Both the position numbers and the translations under genes were made by a program. A stretch of 62,926 nucleotides of DNA, counting the filler, from Sluysia triapertura (lineage: Eukaryota): the NCBI GenBank assembly GCA_046118255.1. It is 5 parts of 5 records of this genome, joined end to end, with 100 filler letters (N's around TTAATTAATTAA, not from the genome) between each part and the next. Parts side by side here need not be neighbours in the genome. Positions count along the whole stretch, not along the records: positions 25,452 to 39,221 come from JBJNIA010020958.1; positions 39,322 to 50,201 come from JBJNIA010192140.1; positions 50,302 to 62,926 come from JBJNIA010094006.1; 2 more parts are not named here. One strand, given 5' to 3'. The notes under the pieces were generated by a model. It was given only the letters and a program-made list of their open reading frames with translations. It was not told the origin of the DNA and searched no databases. Numbering within the stretch: position 1 is the stretch's first letter; the number at the start of each line of letters is the position of its first letter. Of this stretch, positions 38,527-52,914 are shown in pieces.

Positions 38527-39321
38527 CTGAAAATGCAAGAGAAGCACTTTATCTTTAGATTCTTCCGAAGAAAATCACAGCAAAAAAAATTAGTATTAAA
38601 AACTAGTTTAAATATCCTAATAGTACTTGGACAGAAATGTTCACCTTCAAAATGTTCAAAAATAAAGGTAAAATTACGTCAAATCTATTATTTAAAAAAA
38701 AATTTTAAAAATAAATTATTTAAATTTTAGAATAAATTTAAAATTTTTGTAAATTAATTTTGTTTTTATCTTTACTCATTCAAACTATTATAATCATACT
38801 TCATACTATACATTTCAAAGTTGGGCATTTATTACTTATCCATTTTCCATTACTTCACATATTTCCTTTTGTATTATTCAAAGATTAACAGAAAAGTCCC
38901 TTGCTATTTTTAGCGTAGGCCTCCTCGTGTCCACAACTTTGATAAGACTTAATAAAAAGAATTAAACTGAAACAAAATAAAGGATTAACTTTATAATAGT
39001 TTTACATCACTTTTTTTATATAAAATATTAAAAATTATTTTAAAGTAAATACACAAATATCTTACTATACATACTATAATATGCATTTTTAAATCCAAAA
39101 CTTATCGGTCAATCTTTTTTTTAAAAAAATTTATTAAGTTTTTAATGATTACTTTACCGAAACATTCATTATATTGCTTTAGCTTACCTTTCTTGGACAT
39201 TGTCTTTCTTTATTTAACAAANNNNNNNNNNNNNNNNNNNNNNNNNNNNNNNNNNNNNNNNNNNNTTAATTAATTAANNNNNNNNNNNNNNNNNNNNNNN
39301 NNNNNNNNNNNNNNNNNNNNN

Positions 39322-39488
39322 TAAAAATCCACTTTTTTCTTTTTAATAGCTTGGAATAGTATATTACGAGATTTTATGTATTCATTCTTTGTTTTATCCG
39401 TTTTTTGACTTCGCCATTTCCTTTCTCTGCACCGTTTTATTCTTCGGTGCAGAAGAATAAAATATGAATCAAATCTTATTGTTAACAA
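39322..39488 (-). mobile_element. L2/CR1-clade LINE ORF2 fragment (endonuclease-RT linker)
   Basis: RRIKRCRERKWRSQKTDKTKNEYIKSRNILFQAIKKKKVDF matches the R..ERKWR..K......Y...RN.....I...K..(Y/F) linker pattern. Truncated by a gap. Confidence 0.55.
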
Positions 39489-39647
39489 AAGATGAATGAG
39501 GTTGTCTTAAAATTCAAAAACAATTCAACAAATGAAATACTAAATGAATTTAGAACTGAAGTATGCTATCTGATTAATAATAATTTAACCAATAATATTC
39601 GATCTCTGACTGAAAGAATATAAATATTTTATATAACAGTGTCTACA

Positions 39648-39700
39648 TTTATTAATCTGTATTTATTAATCTGTATTTATTAATCTGTATTTATTAATCT
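39648..39700. repeat. 14-bp tandem repeat, about x4
   Basis: Unit tttattaatctgta. Confidence 0.9.
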
Positions 39701-39744
39701 AAAATAATGTTTATAATAATAAGTCTAATTATATTTAATTTCAG

Positions 39745-40090
39745 AGGAATACGTTCACATATAATTTGTTTAAAAAACGTTTTAAGATATTCTTGTGCTC
39801 CAAACGTAGTAGATTTAATTCAGAATTATTTTCGAGAGACTTTACCAGAAAATTGTCAATATTCTGATCCACCTAGAACAACAACAGTTATAAGTGTAAT
39901 ACAGAAAAATAATTTGAATTATCAGCAAGACCATAATTCGAATTCAAGAAGTAGCAACAATAACAAAATTGATTATTCGTCGTGGTCAGTTTCAGATAAA
40001 AACGAAAAAAAATTTAGTTCAAAATCAAAACTTAATTTATTATTGCTGATAGAGTTGTTTTTTTTATATATTTTATTTTATGAAATTTAA
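39745..40090 (+). CDS. Terminal exon of a Cys-containing cell-surface (probably GPI-anchored) protein
   Basis: Acceptor atttcag| at 39744. Reads GIRSHIICLKNVLRYSCAPNVVDLIQNYFRETLPENCQY, a Ser/Thr/Asn spacer, and a hydrophobic C-terminus LNLLLLIELFFLYILFYEI*. Upstream exons not found. Confidence 0.65.
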
Positions 40091-40134
40091 TTAATTTATT
40101 ATTACGTCATTTTAAAATTTCAATGATATTTAAA

Positions 40135-40165
<31 letters not shown>

Positions 40166-43100
40166 CAATTCAAAACTTAACAATTTTTTAAAAATTACCA
40201 AAGAAATTATAAAATTTATTATAATATCAATAATTATAATTATACATTGATGCTTAATTATGTCTTTAATATGGTTAACTCACTAATCACATTATTCTGT
40301 AATAATAAATTAATAAGTAAATGAAATTTTTTAATTTTTATGATTGTATTTAAATTATGTAACTAAATGTGAAATTATATATATGGAACTACTATAATTT
40401 TGCAATATTTCATAGTTTATATTAGCTTATGTTATTAAAACATTAATTATAAAATTATAAAATTCCAAAAACTTCTTTAATAATAACTTACTTCAGAATT
40501 TTTCTACAATTAAATATTTAAATACAAATTATTCATTTATGTATAAATTATTTATTTATGTAGGAAGTATAATAAAAATAATTTTTCAGAAATTGCTACT
40601 GTGTATCATAATTAAAATAGATTTAAGTTTTATATAATATATATTGTATTTTAAAAGCTGTATATATTTTTTAGATCAAAGACCAAAAATCGAAACCTTT
40701 ACAATTTAAACTGCTGAAATGATAAAGTTTTTATGTTATAAATTATTTTACAAATTTAATTTAAATATATTAAAATATTTTTAAATATTGTTTTTTCATA
40801 TCAAATATTAATTTTGTCTTTCAAATAATGTAAAATAAATTATTGATAATAAATATAATAATTATTATTAATTTTAGTTAAAATTTAAATAATTAAATAA
40901 ACATTTATTTGAAAAAATATTTAATAATATTTTATACCAAAAATTAAATTTAAAAATATAATAATAATTTGGAAATTATTTTATTATTAATTATTGAATT
41001 TCTAAATTAAATTAAATATCGTTCATAATCTATATTTAATTTATTAATTAATTTATTAATAATAATACATTTTATAGACTGTTTCATAAGACATTTCATA
41101 ATTTTTACATTAAAATTCCGTAATAATACACAAAATATTCTATTTTAATTTAATTCTATTTTAATTCTACTTATTTAAACATAAAATAATTTTTTCTCAA
41201 AATTTTAATTGACTTGTTTTACTGTATTAATTTAATATTCTTCAATATGTACTGTTTGAAATATCTTTAATTTTTATTTCATTATGTAAATGTTATAAAA
41301 TGAAGAAATGCGAAAATTAAAAATGAAAAACGATGCCTTATTAAAACAAAGTCGATCTATGATTCAAATCTAGATTTAAAATCGAAATATTAAATGAAAT
41401 TTTGAATTTTGTCGTTAAGTATTTAGAGAACTGTTATGATAAAGATATAAAAGATCAAAATGATGCAGATATTAGTTTTAAACAAAGAAATAAAGTTTGA
41501 CAGTAAATTCTCAAATCTATCAAAATATATCCGAACAGAACCCCAAAAAATCATTTTACAATATCAATAATATGTTATAACAGGATATTACTACTCCCCA
41601 CAAGTCTCAAAACATAAACTAAGTTATGTCAGTTAAATCAGTTGATATCACTATCCCTAAATTTAAATAATATAGAAAACATTTATGGTAATTACTTTTT
41701 ACTGAAATTAAATAATTTACTCAATTATTGTGTGTCAGATATTATTTGGTGTTGTAAAGTTATTAAAAATTTTTCGATTATGTCAAAAACTAACCCAGAA
41801 CTGATTTTGATAAATTTATTTTATTAGTGCATATTTTAATATTAATTTTAGAGTAAAATTCTTTTAATAATAACAAATATTTGTCTAAAAATATAGTTTA
41901 AAAATGTATATTTTCATAGAATTGTTATATAAAATAATAAAATTCATTAATAAAATATTAAATTAAAATGAAAATTAATACCCACTAATGTACCACTGCC
42001 AAAAATTGAACAAGTGATAAATGCTGACATAAAAGAGCTCATATAATTTAATTTATGTAGTTCATTTTTTGTAATTTAAAATCTCGCGTTACTTAAGAAT
42101 CATTTTGTGTGCAATAAAACATTTAAACAAAATCTAATAGAAATAATATTTATTTATATAAATTAAGTAATAAAATAAATATTGTTATGCATAAAATTAA
42201 AAATAATTAATATATTAATAAAGTAGATGAAAGATTATTTGTTTTTTTTGAAAAAAATGCTTTTTAATAGTATTTATATCAATAATTTTAATGATAAAAT
42301 CTATTTAAGANNNNNNNNNNNNNNNNNNNNNNNNNNNNNNNNNNNNNNNNNNNNNNNNNNNNNNNNNNNNNNNNNNNNNNNNNNNNNNNNNNNNNNNNNN
42401 NNNNNNNNNNNNNNNNNNNNNNNNNNNNNNNNNNNNNNNNNNNNNTGTATTAAGTAATTGAAACTACATTATAAATATTATTTCATATTATATGTGATAC
42501 GTCTGAGTACTCATTTTTTCATCAGTGTGACTATGTTGAACAAATATAATGAAAAAGTATTGGAATTAATTTTTATAAGATTAGATGACAAAATAAAATA
42601 AAACAATAATAATTTGTATGAACTTTGGAAAACAAAGATGTATCATATAAGAAAATAATGACAATATTATGATAAATACATCTTATACTTAACAATATAG
42701 GTCTTATTTATTAAGTATATAAAATTAATTACATTTTTTGATTTATTTTAGTATTAATTTCGCATATTTAATGGCAAGACTTACAACAGAATATAATTTT
42801 CTGTAAATGTTGAAGATCATATTAAATGTTTTTCTTATATTTACGTTCTTAATTTGCTATATAAATATTAATTTTACAACCGGTTTTATCAATAAATGAT
42901 TCAAAACAGATTTTATACTTATTTATTTCTGAAAATTCTTAATGTATATTCTAAGTATCCAACCTAACATTAGAAATATGTTTGGATAATAAATCAAAGA
43001 AGTCCGAAAAATACATAGTTTTATCAATTTATTAAAAAATATTTATAGGAATAAATAAAATAAATAATTTATCAATAAATATAATGAGATTAACGAATTC

Positions 43101-45419
43101 ATAAAAACTACAAACTGTGCTGGAAACCGATTTTTTAAACTAAATGCTGCCCACTTAAACCATTTTTATGAACGATCCTACTGTTCATATTACGTATTTA
43201 TATATAATATTTGTCCTTTGAAATAAATTTTATCATTGTTAGATATCTAACATTCATACAGTAAAGGTTAAAGAAAGAAAATAATGTTATTTACTAAGCT
43301 GATAAAAATCATCATATTATGTAACATATTATAACATATTATATAATAAATGGAAATATGTTGAAAATTTAGCAAAAAGTAATCTGAAAGGTTTGAAGAT
43401 TGTTTCACAACGAACTAAAGAAAATATTTTAAATATTTGTGTATTGTTAAAATTCGGCAGAAAAATGAAATTCAAATTGTTTATTGATAATACTTTACAA
43501 CTAAATTTTTTCAGAATCTTCAAAAGAATACTTGCAATAAACAATTTATAAATAAAGAAATATTTATGTAGAGTTGGATAAATCAGCGAAGGTCGTGACT
43601 GATCTAATAGATACAGGCAAATTTCTTTTTTAAATACTCTTGTTTATATTCGGCGTATTTCTTGAAGGTCATGTCAATCTAGCCATGTATATGTTACTAA
43701 TGAGAAGCTACAGTGGTTTTGCGGTTATGTACGGATGTTTGGCATTCGATTGTAACTTGTATATGAGATATACACGCGACCTCATATGCAATTTTTCGAC
43801 CTCAATCTCCGCATGGTTAATTAATACTTTAAAAATTATTTATTGAGAAAATACTTTGAAATAAAAGAAGTCAGAAAAATAAATATTAATGATACTTTTT
43901 TATTTATTAAATGCTCTAAATGTATTATAAGAATTTAAATAATTCTTAAAGGTAAGGTTATTTATTATCATGATACATAAATCTGAATATGTTTGAGTAT
44001 CTATGGACACAAAAACAATCTACTGAAACAGTTTCGTAATAAGTCGATAACTTTATTTAACATATATCGACTTGGCACCATATACATGGAATATTTTAGT
44101 GCTCCTTTAGTATTATCATTTAATGTTATTTTGATTAATTTTGTCTTGTTCATTAAGCGGATTTTTTGTTTCTTTGTTTTATTTATCTAAATACATATGT
44201 GGTACTTACGTATTAATTTACAATTTTGACATTTACTAAGTCAAACATCAGTTACATCAACCACATAACATTTAAATACATTCATCTCAAATCTCTACAA
44301 CATTCAACAAACTTATTAAACAACATCAAACCTTTTAACACTGTATTTAGCACTTTACTATCTTTGACTTTAATTTCTCAATAAAATCAATTTTTAACAT
44401 TAATATCATTGTAAGCTAAAAAAACAACCTTAGAATTTTCACCAGTTATAATACATACGGTATAATATTATAACACAACTGTACAAACAAACCTATAAAC
44501 ACCAATCGCTATTGATTGATTATATATTCATTGTCTATTCATTTGTGAACATTTATTTTGTATTATTGATTCATAACATTTATAATTTTTGTATTATTGA
44601 TTTATTTGTATAATAATAATTGACAATTTATTGATTTATTTCAGAATTGGATAATAATTATTATTGATATTAATTTTGTAATTTTTAATTTGGAAACAAT
44701 TAATACTAACGTAAGTAATTTCTGTACATTATTAAACTTTAATATTTTTGTTAATTGAAATATTTTTTGTTTTAATCTAGCAAATGTCAGTTAAATAAGT
44801 ATTTAAACATCGTAAAAAATGCACAAGAGACACAACTTTTATAGTTTAAAGAAGTGACAATTACGTTAATACAAATTTTAGATATTTCATTTGGAAAATT
44901 TTTAATTGGACATTGAGTGATAATTGTTTTTCTGAAAAGACTTGCCAGATTTTTCATACAAAATATTTACATTAGTTTATTATATTAAGTTTGGATACAA
45001 TAAGTATCCACGCAAAATAGAGGAAAAATAAATTTTGTAACAAATTTCGAAACTTATAATAGTTTCGCGTAAACTACATTGTTAAATTATTATTATTCAA
45101 AGAATTAACTGCAAGTTAATTTTTCGTAATATATTCATTAATATTTATATATCTTTTGTATCATATTAAGTTTATAACTTACGAATATAAATTACTTGAG
45201 ATTTTCTTATTATTAACAATTAACCTCTATAGTTTTAACTTCATAAAATCATTACTATAGTAAAGCTTAATTATGAATTCGAAAAATCATTCATTATAAA
45301 TCCGTTTCATAGGATTTGCGTAAACTATTTCAATAGTTTAAAATTTAACTGTTATTTTTCAGTTAACAGAATATTTGCATCTCTAAATTAGAATCTACTC
45401 CCACTCTTTCATAAATCAT

Positions 45420-45740
45420 ATCAAATTATATTTAAAATACCTCCAGAGCTCAACTTAATCTGACGAACAAGCATTTAGGCAAGCATTGAAATATATTCTT
45501 AATCTTTTCAATTGCAAACATCCAAGGTTTAGCCCTAACTGGCATGCCTAGTACGTTGGTGGACTCACGTAAAAGTTTTATTTTATTCTATAAGTCGCTC
45601 TTAGAATTCTCAGACAACATTCGAATTTTACATAACAAATATAATTTTCGATCGCTGTGACTAAGAGAATATTAGGTAACTTTGAAATATGATTTTAAAA
45701 TGTGCAGAAACGTATTTATGATTGTGAAAAACATTTGTTT
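45420..45740 (-). repeat. Family E copy 2
   Basis: Reverse complement of 45520-45591 aligns to 25091-25160. Confidence 0.8.
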
Positions 45741-46055
45741 TATAATATTCCATATTTATTAAGTCAGAAAGTTCGATTGAATATTTGCCAATATGATTTG
45801 AAACAATACGATAGTGAAGCATTGGCTAAAGGGAATCAACTTAGTCGAAACTTTAAGATAAAACAAGCTATATACTAATAATGAACAAAATCTGTCTACG
45901 AAATTAGCAATATAATTAATATTCCAAGTAGGTGTGACATTTATCATTCAACTTTATATTATCGTGTTAAATTGTTTATTAATATTTATATGACAGTTAA
46001 CTTTTAGGGACAATCTCACTTTTCATTGCTCATCATATAATAACAATAAACAAGA

Positions 46056-46105
<50 letters not shown>

Positions 46106-48567
46106 TATCACTAATAATATTAATAATTAATTAAGCCATGAAGGCCTTTATCTAAATAATTATTATAAAAATTAATAAAATAATTAAAACAATAATTGAT
46201 TTATGGACAATGATTGTTGGAGGCAATAAAGTTGTATTTATTATTTTAAGCCTTATATAAAATTTTACAATTTAAAAAGCAATTTAATTGCAAGAATTTG
46301 TACAATATATATAATGTTATAATTAAAAAGTATAATGAAATCCCTTCCTGTTCATGTAAATAATATGATAACGATATATCTGATGAATTATTATCTAAAT
46401 AAACTTACTATACCAATAATGAAATACTGTATTGACCATGTTAAATGTATAATCAAAGATGAAGTACTCAAGCTCGTTCAATATTTAAGCTAATTTGGTT
46501 CATTACTAGTTTAGAAGAATTTAAACGTTAAAATGTTTAAAAAGCTTTCGAATACCTACAAACAAACTACTCTGAAATTTCAATACGTTCGTGTTCGTTA
46601 ATATCGACCAATTTAGCTAAACTTACTCCAGTTTCGAATGTTCTCCGAATAGTGAAAATAGGATATTAAAGTTTAACATTATTTTTTCCTAGATATGCCC
46701 ACCGAAAATTTCAAGAAAGTTCAAATATTATCATATACCAATTCATTTTTCTACAACCAGTAAAAACCACTGTCTGATTTAAAGAAGTGTATATTGCAGA
46801 TCATATACTACAGTCAAATAATTATACCTATTATCATGATAAGAACAGAATCATTTATAAACCTATATCTTCTTTGTATATTAATAAAAGTTATACTAAA
46901 ACTTTTAGGTTCATTTAACGTAGTATTTTTAAGTTTTCATAGTTCAACATAATAGTTGAAAAAAACTATTTTTTGATACATGTTAAATTATCCAACTAAT
47001 CGTTAATATGTATTTTATTCCATGTCACACTTTGTGGAAAGTTGGCAGTAAGCGCTTTATATTTTATTTTTCCATTATACAACATATTATTGTTGTATTC
47101 TACAAATTCGTATTATAATTGATAATCTCGTTCATTATTGTTTTATCTTAATTCGAGTAGCTCTGGTCCCTTTAATATAAAAGTTTATTTTCACCTATTT
47201 TACTGAATGCAAGTCTGGTATGGTAATTAAAATAAATCTCAACCGAAATTCGAGGCTAATTTATATTATAATGAAATTATTAAGTGATAGTTTATATAAT
47301 GCAGATGGTAAGAAGTTTCTCTTAAATTTAAAACTTAATATTGCGAAAGTTATCAAACTTAAATTAAATTTAATCGACAATAAAGTGAAAATAAAGTATC
47401 GTGCTATTCACTCACGTATGAAACTACAAAAATTTACTTCAATCTTTTCAAGAGTACATTTTTAAAATTAAATAACATTTCCATTCACGTCATAATTCTC
47501 AATGGTATCAGTTTTTTTACGAAAGTTTTAAGTAACATCAGCATCAATTTACTATTCTGATTTATCGAACATAATTACAAAACATTTAATACCCTTACAC
47601 AATTATATTACAGTAGAAAAAAGGTGTCATGAACTCTAATTTGATAAATATATTTAGATTAATGTATGATTTATGAGTTGATTCATTTCATTTTTCAGAA
47701 TGATTTATAGGTATTAAGAATAATTAGTCCACATAATAATTAATGTCAAAGATTGACAAATTTTAGCTTTCAAACAAAACACTTCAAAAATCTCTTAATT
47801 AAAATAAAACTAGACTTTGGATATATATATCTTATGAGGAAGCATCAATTATCTCATTATAAATGTCAAGCATTAATAATGCTTGGGTTGCAATTCATTA
47901 TTTTGTTTTAATAAACCAATAAATTTTTGTAATATTTTTTCACAAATGAACGTTTTCTGTTTAAATAAAATTTTTTATTTATTTTTAATGAATTCGTACT
48001 ACACATTCATCATATTATTCATTGTTTTACAGATATTTCTTTGATGTGGAACAATACTGTCCTTTGTTTTTCTGTTTATTGCTCTCATTTTTGATCTTCC
48101 TTTAACTAAAAAGCCACGTTTCATTCTAATTCTTCTACTCATATGTATTTTTAAACGTAGTATTACAGAAATAATAAGCAAAAATAAATTTAAGAGCGTC
48201 TTATAATTTTAAGTTATAATTTCTGTATATAATTTTGACAATTTAACCAAATGGTTCATTACACCATGATTATAATTTCTTAGTAATTAATATACTGATT
48301 TAACCACTTAAATTTTAAATTTTAATTAGCTTAGAATTAAATTTCTTTGAGTTATCGGAATTAATGCAATTATTAATTTATGAATTTTTTTAATAAAAAT
48401 GTCCTAAAAGTTAATTTACGTATAATTATTATATGATACTTTTATGCTTAGAGTATACGTTATACGGTAACAAACAAACAAAAAGCATGGAAATAGCAAA
48501 TTACAAAAATAAAATACTCTTAAATTATGTAAGTTTATTTTTTATTCAAAAGTAAAATAATACTACT

Positions 48568-49295
48568 CTTGAGCAAGGTCCAGTTACGCTAAACATCTTA
48601 TGTCGTAAAGAGACCGCTTCTGTAACAATATAAGCTAATAATTTATCTAAATTCAAATGTTATATGGTTAGGGTCTTACAATTGCTCGAGTGTATAACTT
48701 AAATAATTTATTAAATAACACAAAAATATTAAATTTTATTCAAAATACGCAATTTTTAACGACTATGGTGATAGATAAAGAATGTAAAATGATTATTTTA
48801 GTGATTAAAGCTCCAAGAATGTTTAATATATTGCTAAGATATTTTAAGTAGATTTACACCTCAATACATCGGGGACTTAAATACCTTTACAAAATAATAT
48901 AAAATTTGCCTGCATTTTGTGATTTTAACTTCAAAAGTTGAAATCGCCCTTACAAATATATAATTTTCCAAAAATGGAATTGATGTTGTCCAGAAGATAA
49001 CTTCCACATTGATGAACTTTTACTAAGGTTTCACAATTTCTCGAAATGCAGCAAACTCATTTTCCAAAATGGCGATGCAAAAATGGCGATTTCATTAAAC
49101 TAATGCTAGTTTAGAAATTTTATTTTCTTTTTTGGAAAATAATTGTTTTTAAGTAATTTTAAAGATTAATAAATGGTTTTAAAGCATTTTCTATGATTTT
49201 AATTAATTTTTAGTTATTTTTAAATAGTTTTAAATAATTTTAAAGTGTTATTATGACATTTTACATTATTTTATAGGGTTGTGATAACAACCAGA
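48568..49295 (+). repeat. Family A copy 3 (palindrome block partly deleted)
   Basis: gagcaaggtccagttacgctaaacatctta, tcaatacatcgggga, aaaatggcgatttcattaaactaatgctagttt and ttgtgataacaacc occur in the same order as in copy 1. Confidence 0.88.
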
Positions 49296-50301
49296 AATAC
49301 TTATAATTAATTTGAGTATTTTATTCACAAAGAGCATATTTATATGTTACTTACTTATTTCGTGTTGAAGACAATTATTTAAGTTTTATTTAATGTTTGT
49401 TAATTAAATTTATTAAAAACTAACATTTTGTATATGAACTTAAGATTCCACTGAAAAAGTTACTATTATTATAAAGTTATATAAGTTTATCAAATTTTAT
49501 TTTTAATAAATTCTTAAATGATTAAAATTTAACTTTTTACATATTATTTAAAAAGATAATTTTAAGAATTATAACGAAAATAAATCTGAATCTTTCAAAT
49601 ACTTCAAACCAGTAAATCTTGATTGAAATAGCAATATAATAAAATTGGAAATGCTTTACAAAATAGGTCATTCAAGAACACAAGATAGGATTGGTGATGA
49701 AATAATCTGTGAGGAAAGTAAACATTCAGATATTTAATTTTGTTTTGGTGACTGAACAAGAGTTTCTTCACTACTATAATAAATAAAATATATTGAGATA
49801 ATTGCATAAATGCATAATTATTTATTTATTATTTATTTATTCTATAGTAAAACATTGATGTAAAATGTTAATTGTGTATTATAACATCTAAAATAGATTA
49901 ATTTTTATTTTTAAACAAAACATAGTTAAATGATAAAATTAAACAATGATATTTATATTAATGCTAGATTTTAAGACAATGTTTTATTAAATTAATTGAA
50001 GCTTCAATTGTTTAATCTAATTAGTTAATTATACTTGATATAGAAATTACAAAAAAGAACAAAAAGAAATAGAAAAAAACGGAAGAAAATTTGAGAAAAG
50101 CAAATAAATTAAAAATTAAAACAAATAACAATGATGTTTTTTGACAATTTTGCTTTTATAAATTAAATATTGTGAAATACTTTTCATGTATATAAAATTA
50201 ANNNNNNNNNNNNNNNNNNNNNNNNNNNNNNNNNNNNNNNNNNNNTTAATTAATTAANNNNNNNNNNNNNNNNNNNNNNNNNNNNNNNNNNNNNNNNNNN
50301 N

Positions 50302-50550
50302 ATCGAGATTCTGAAGTTGTTTAATTATTGGGTTTTGATTAATAATTTGTGAAATAGAAAGTATAAAAGACACAACAATATGTAGAGATTTATAATTAGA
50401 TTTATAACTTTGAATTTGTGTAACAGTTATTGATTATAGTTTCTGTTATATATTTGTGATAATTTAAAGAATGTATTGAGATTCCGAATTAATTTAATTG
50501 TTGAGTGATAGTTTGATATTGTAAAATAAAAGTAACAAAGACACACACGC
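50302..50550 (+). repeat. Family D (LTR 3-prime-end-like), two tandem units; another copy at 53989-54062
   Basis: atcgagattctgaa.ttgttta.ttatt..ttttgattaataatttgt.aaata.aaa...gacacaaca is shared; it ends in ACAACA after an AATAAA-like signal. Confidence 0.8.
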
Positions 50551-51130
50551 ATATATATATATATATATTATTGTGTTATCTTTTAAATTTTCTTTAAATA
50601 AACAATTATAAAATACAATTATAAAATACAATACACTACAATGGAATAATAGTTAAATCAATATAACTCAGTCTTTTTACGACAACTAAATATACTTTAT
50701 TATATATCAATCTCAGAATAACTAAATAAAATAAAAATCAATTATAATATTCAATATCAGGACTTATAAAATGTTAGTATTCAACAAATATAAATAAATA
50801 AAAACTCAAAACCCAACTAACCACAAATAAGTTGACTTAACGATGAAATTTTAGTCATATTTCTAAAGATTTGTAAGATTCATTCAGCCTTTGCCACTAC
50901 TGTATTAACTGTTTCATTTTTGTGCAATTATAGAAAAATGAGGGTTTTTATGTAGAAATTAGATAATTGGTACTGAATTTCGGATAATATTAAAGCAAAT
51001 AATAATTGTGTGGTTTTTGTATTTTTAAATTAACAATAATTGCATAACACAATTAAATGAGTCTATAATTATATCACAATGTATATTACAATAGAAGAAG
51101 AAATTTGTATGAGCTCTCCAATAAGCTGTA

Positions 51131-51755
51131 ATTGTGGTGACCAATCTTTCACTCAAAAACTTAAATTAACACATTATAATAAAAAAAACCGCACTTCATT
51201 AGATTTCACCTATTATTCCTTCAAAAATCATTAAAACATGTAAATACATTAAACATTTTAAGTTCACAATTTGATAGCATAAAAATCATTAAACTTATAA
51301 TTCAGAATTATCTTAATATGCTGAAACTCCTTATTCTTTATCAATAAATCATTTATAACATCAAAAACCAGTAAAGTTACTTTCAATGTTCCGCAAAACA
51401 TCAAATTAAAAGGAATTTCTTTTTACATCGATGAACTACTTTGTTACTCTTTTGAGATATTTCTTTATAAACCTTCTACATTTTTATGTACATGAAAACA
51501 GTAGAAGATGTTAACACTTTAAGCATTTTAGTTATTATTTATTCTGTTCACATTAAAAGAAGTGAAATTAAGTTTCTTTTTTAAAAGAAATTCAGAAATA
51601 AAGGAAATATGTATAAAAAGAGACATAAGTTTATGCATTTTAGTATTTACATCAAAGTTAATGTAACAAATAAATAATAAAATCTTTTTTCATTTTTAAA
51701 GAATTTTAATTCAAGAAATTTATATGTTTAAAAGAATTGAAAGATTTTTGTGTTA

Positions 51756-51824
<69 letters not shown>

Positions 51825-51975
51825 TAGCACAAAATTAGTTGAATATAACCAGTCATCAGTCTTTAATTGAATGTAATAAAGATCATTTTGTCAACTGATG
51901 ACAGTCGCTCAGTCCAAAAATTTAAGTTATTTTATTTTTGACGATATCGTTGGCATCCAATAGTGGACATATTTG
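51131..51975 (-). repeat. Module B copy 3
   Basis: Terminus tgtggtgaccaatct (compare agtggtggccaacct in copy 4), AC-skewed tract, (TAT)n, gtcatcagt/actgatgac inverted pair and tggcatccaat box, followed by ORFs from 52118. Confidence 0.55.
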
Positions 51976-52117
51976 AATGACAGATTAAAAATAAATGCAT
52001 AAAAATTATAACTGCTAGTAAAAGAGACTGTTACAAACTTTTTATAAAATTTCTGACTATTTATTTTAAAAAGCTCAAAAATTCATCAAGAAAATTGATA
52101 AACAAATGGAATGCTAA

Positions 52118-52914
52118 ATGTTCGTGACTTCTTCAGTTTCTAAATGTAAAACCGAAAGACCTTTGTCAATATCAAATGAAATAATTATTAAAGTGAATGA
52201 TGATCCTTATAAATATGATAGCCTAGCTTCCATCGATCAGATAGCCTATCATATTAAAGAAGTTCATGTAGTAATAAAATTATCAGAACGTAATTTTCAT
52301 TCTGTTCCAAAAAGATCTGCTTCAAATTTAAAGTTAAAATTTAACAATAAAATGTTAAACCAAAAACATTTTATGTCTTCAATTCAATTATTATTTTTCA
52401 AGAATTAATAAATATAATTTCGTTAGACACCAGTGAGGTAAGAGAACTTAGAGCTGGCCATCTTATTACAGCTTATTATGTATATTGCAATTCAAGATCT
52501 ATGTTTATAAAAGTAAAGAAAGATATTCACTGTTTAGTTAAAGTAACATCTGGAGACAATATATTTATCTAATGTTTAATAAAAATAAGAGTTAAAGACA
52601 ACATGTTTAATTATTGCATTAAAGGCTTTGTATAACAGTTTACTTCAGTGGTTAAAGTTTTACAAGATATTTATAATATTTTCTTTAAAAATTGTCAAGA
52701 AGATTATTTCGAAATGGCAATAAATCAAGTTGATTACAGTTCTGAAGAAATTTCAAGATTTGAAGATAAATTTAATTCCTTCATGATAAAATTTCTGTCA
52801 TATGTATTTGGAGGAATTGAAACCGAAACAACAAATTTGTTGGCATTGGTAAAGAATAATGATTCAACATTATTAAGAACTAAGATGAGGCATTATGATG
52901 AACTGCAATGGTAA
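52118..52914 (+). pseudogene. Decayed orphan ORFs (52118-52408, 52648-52914) that are part of a repeated element
   Basis: The 3-prime end (RHYDEL) and downstream 52855-53050 recur inverted at 54070-54260 (KYYDEL*). Confidence 0.45.

Noticed and set aside
38329-38547. Resemblance to ATG7 C-terminus (KCVCCS) or RNase P/MRP motifs
   Set aside because: Only a few residues match, and the RNA conserved regions are not in the right order.
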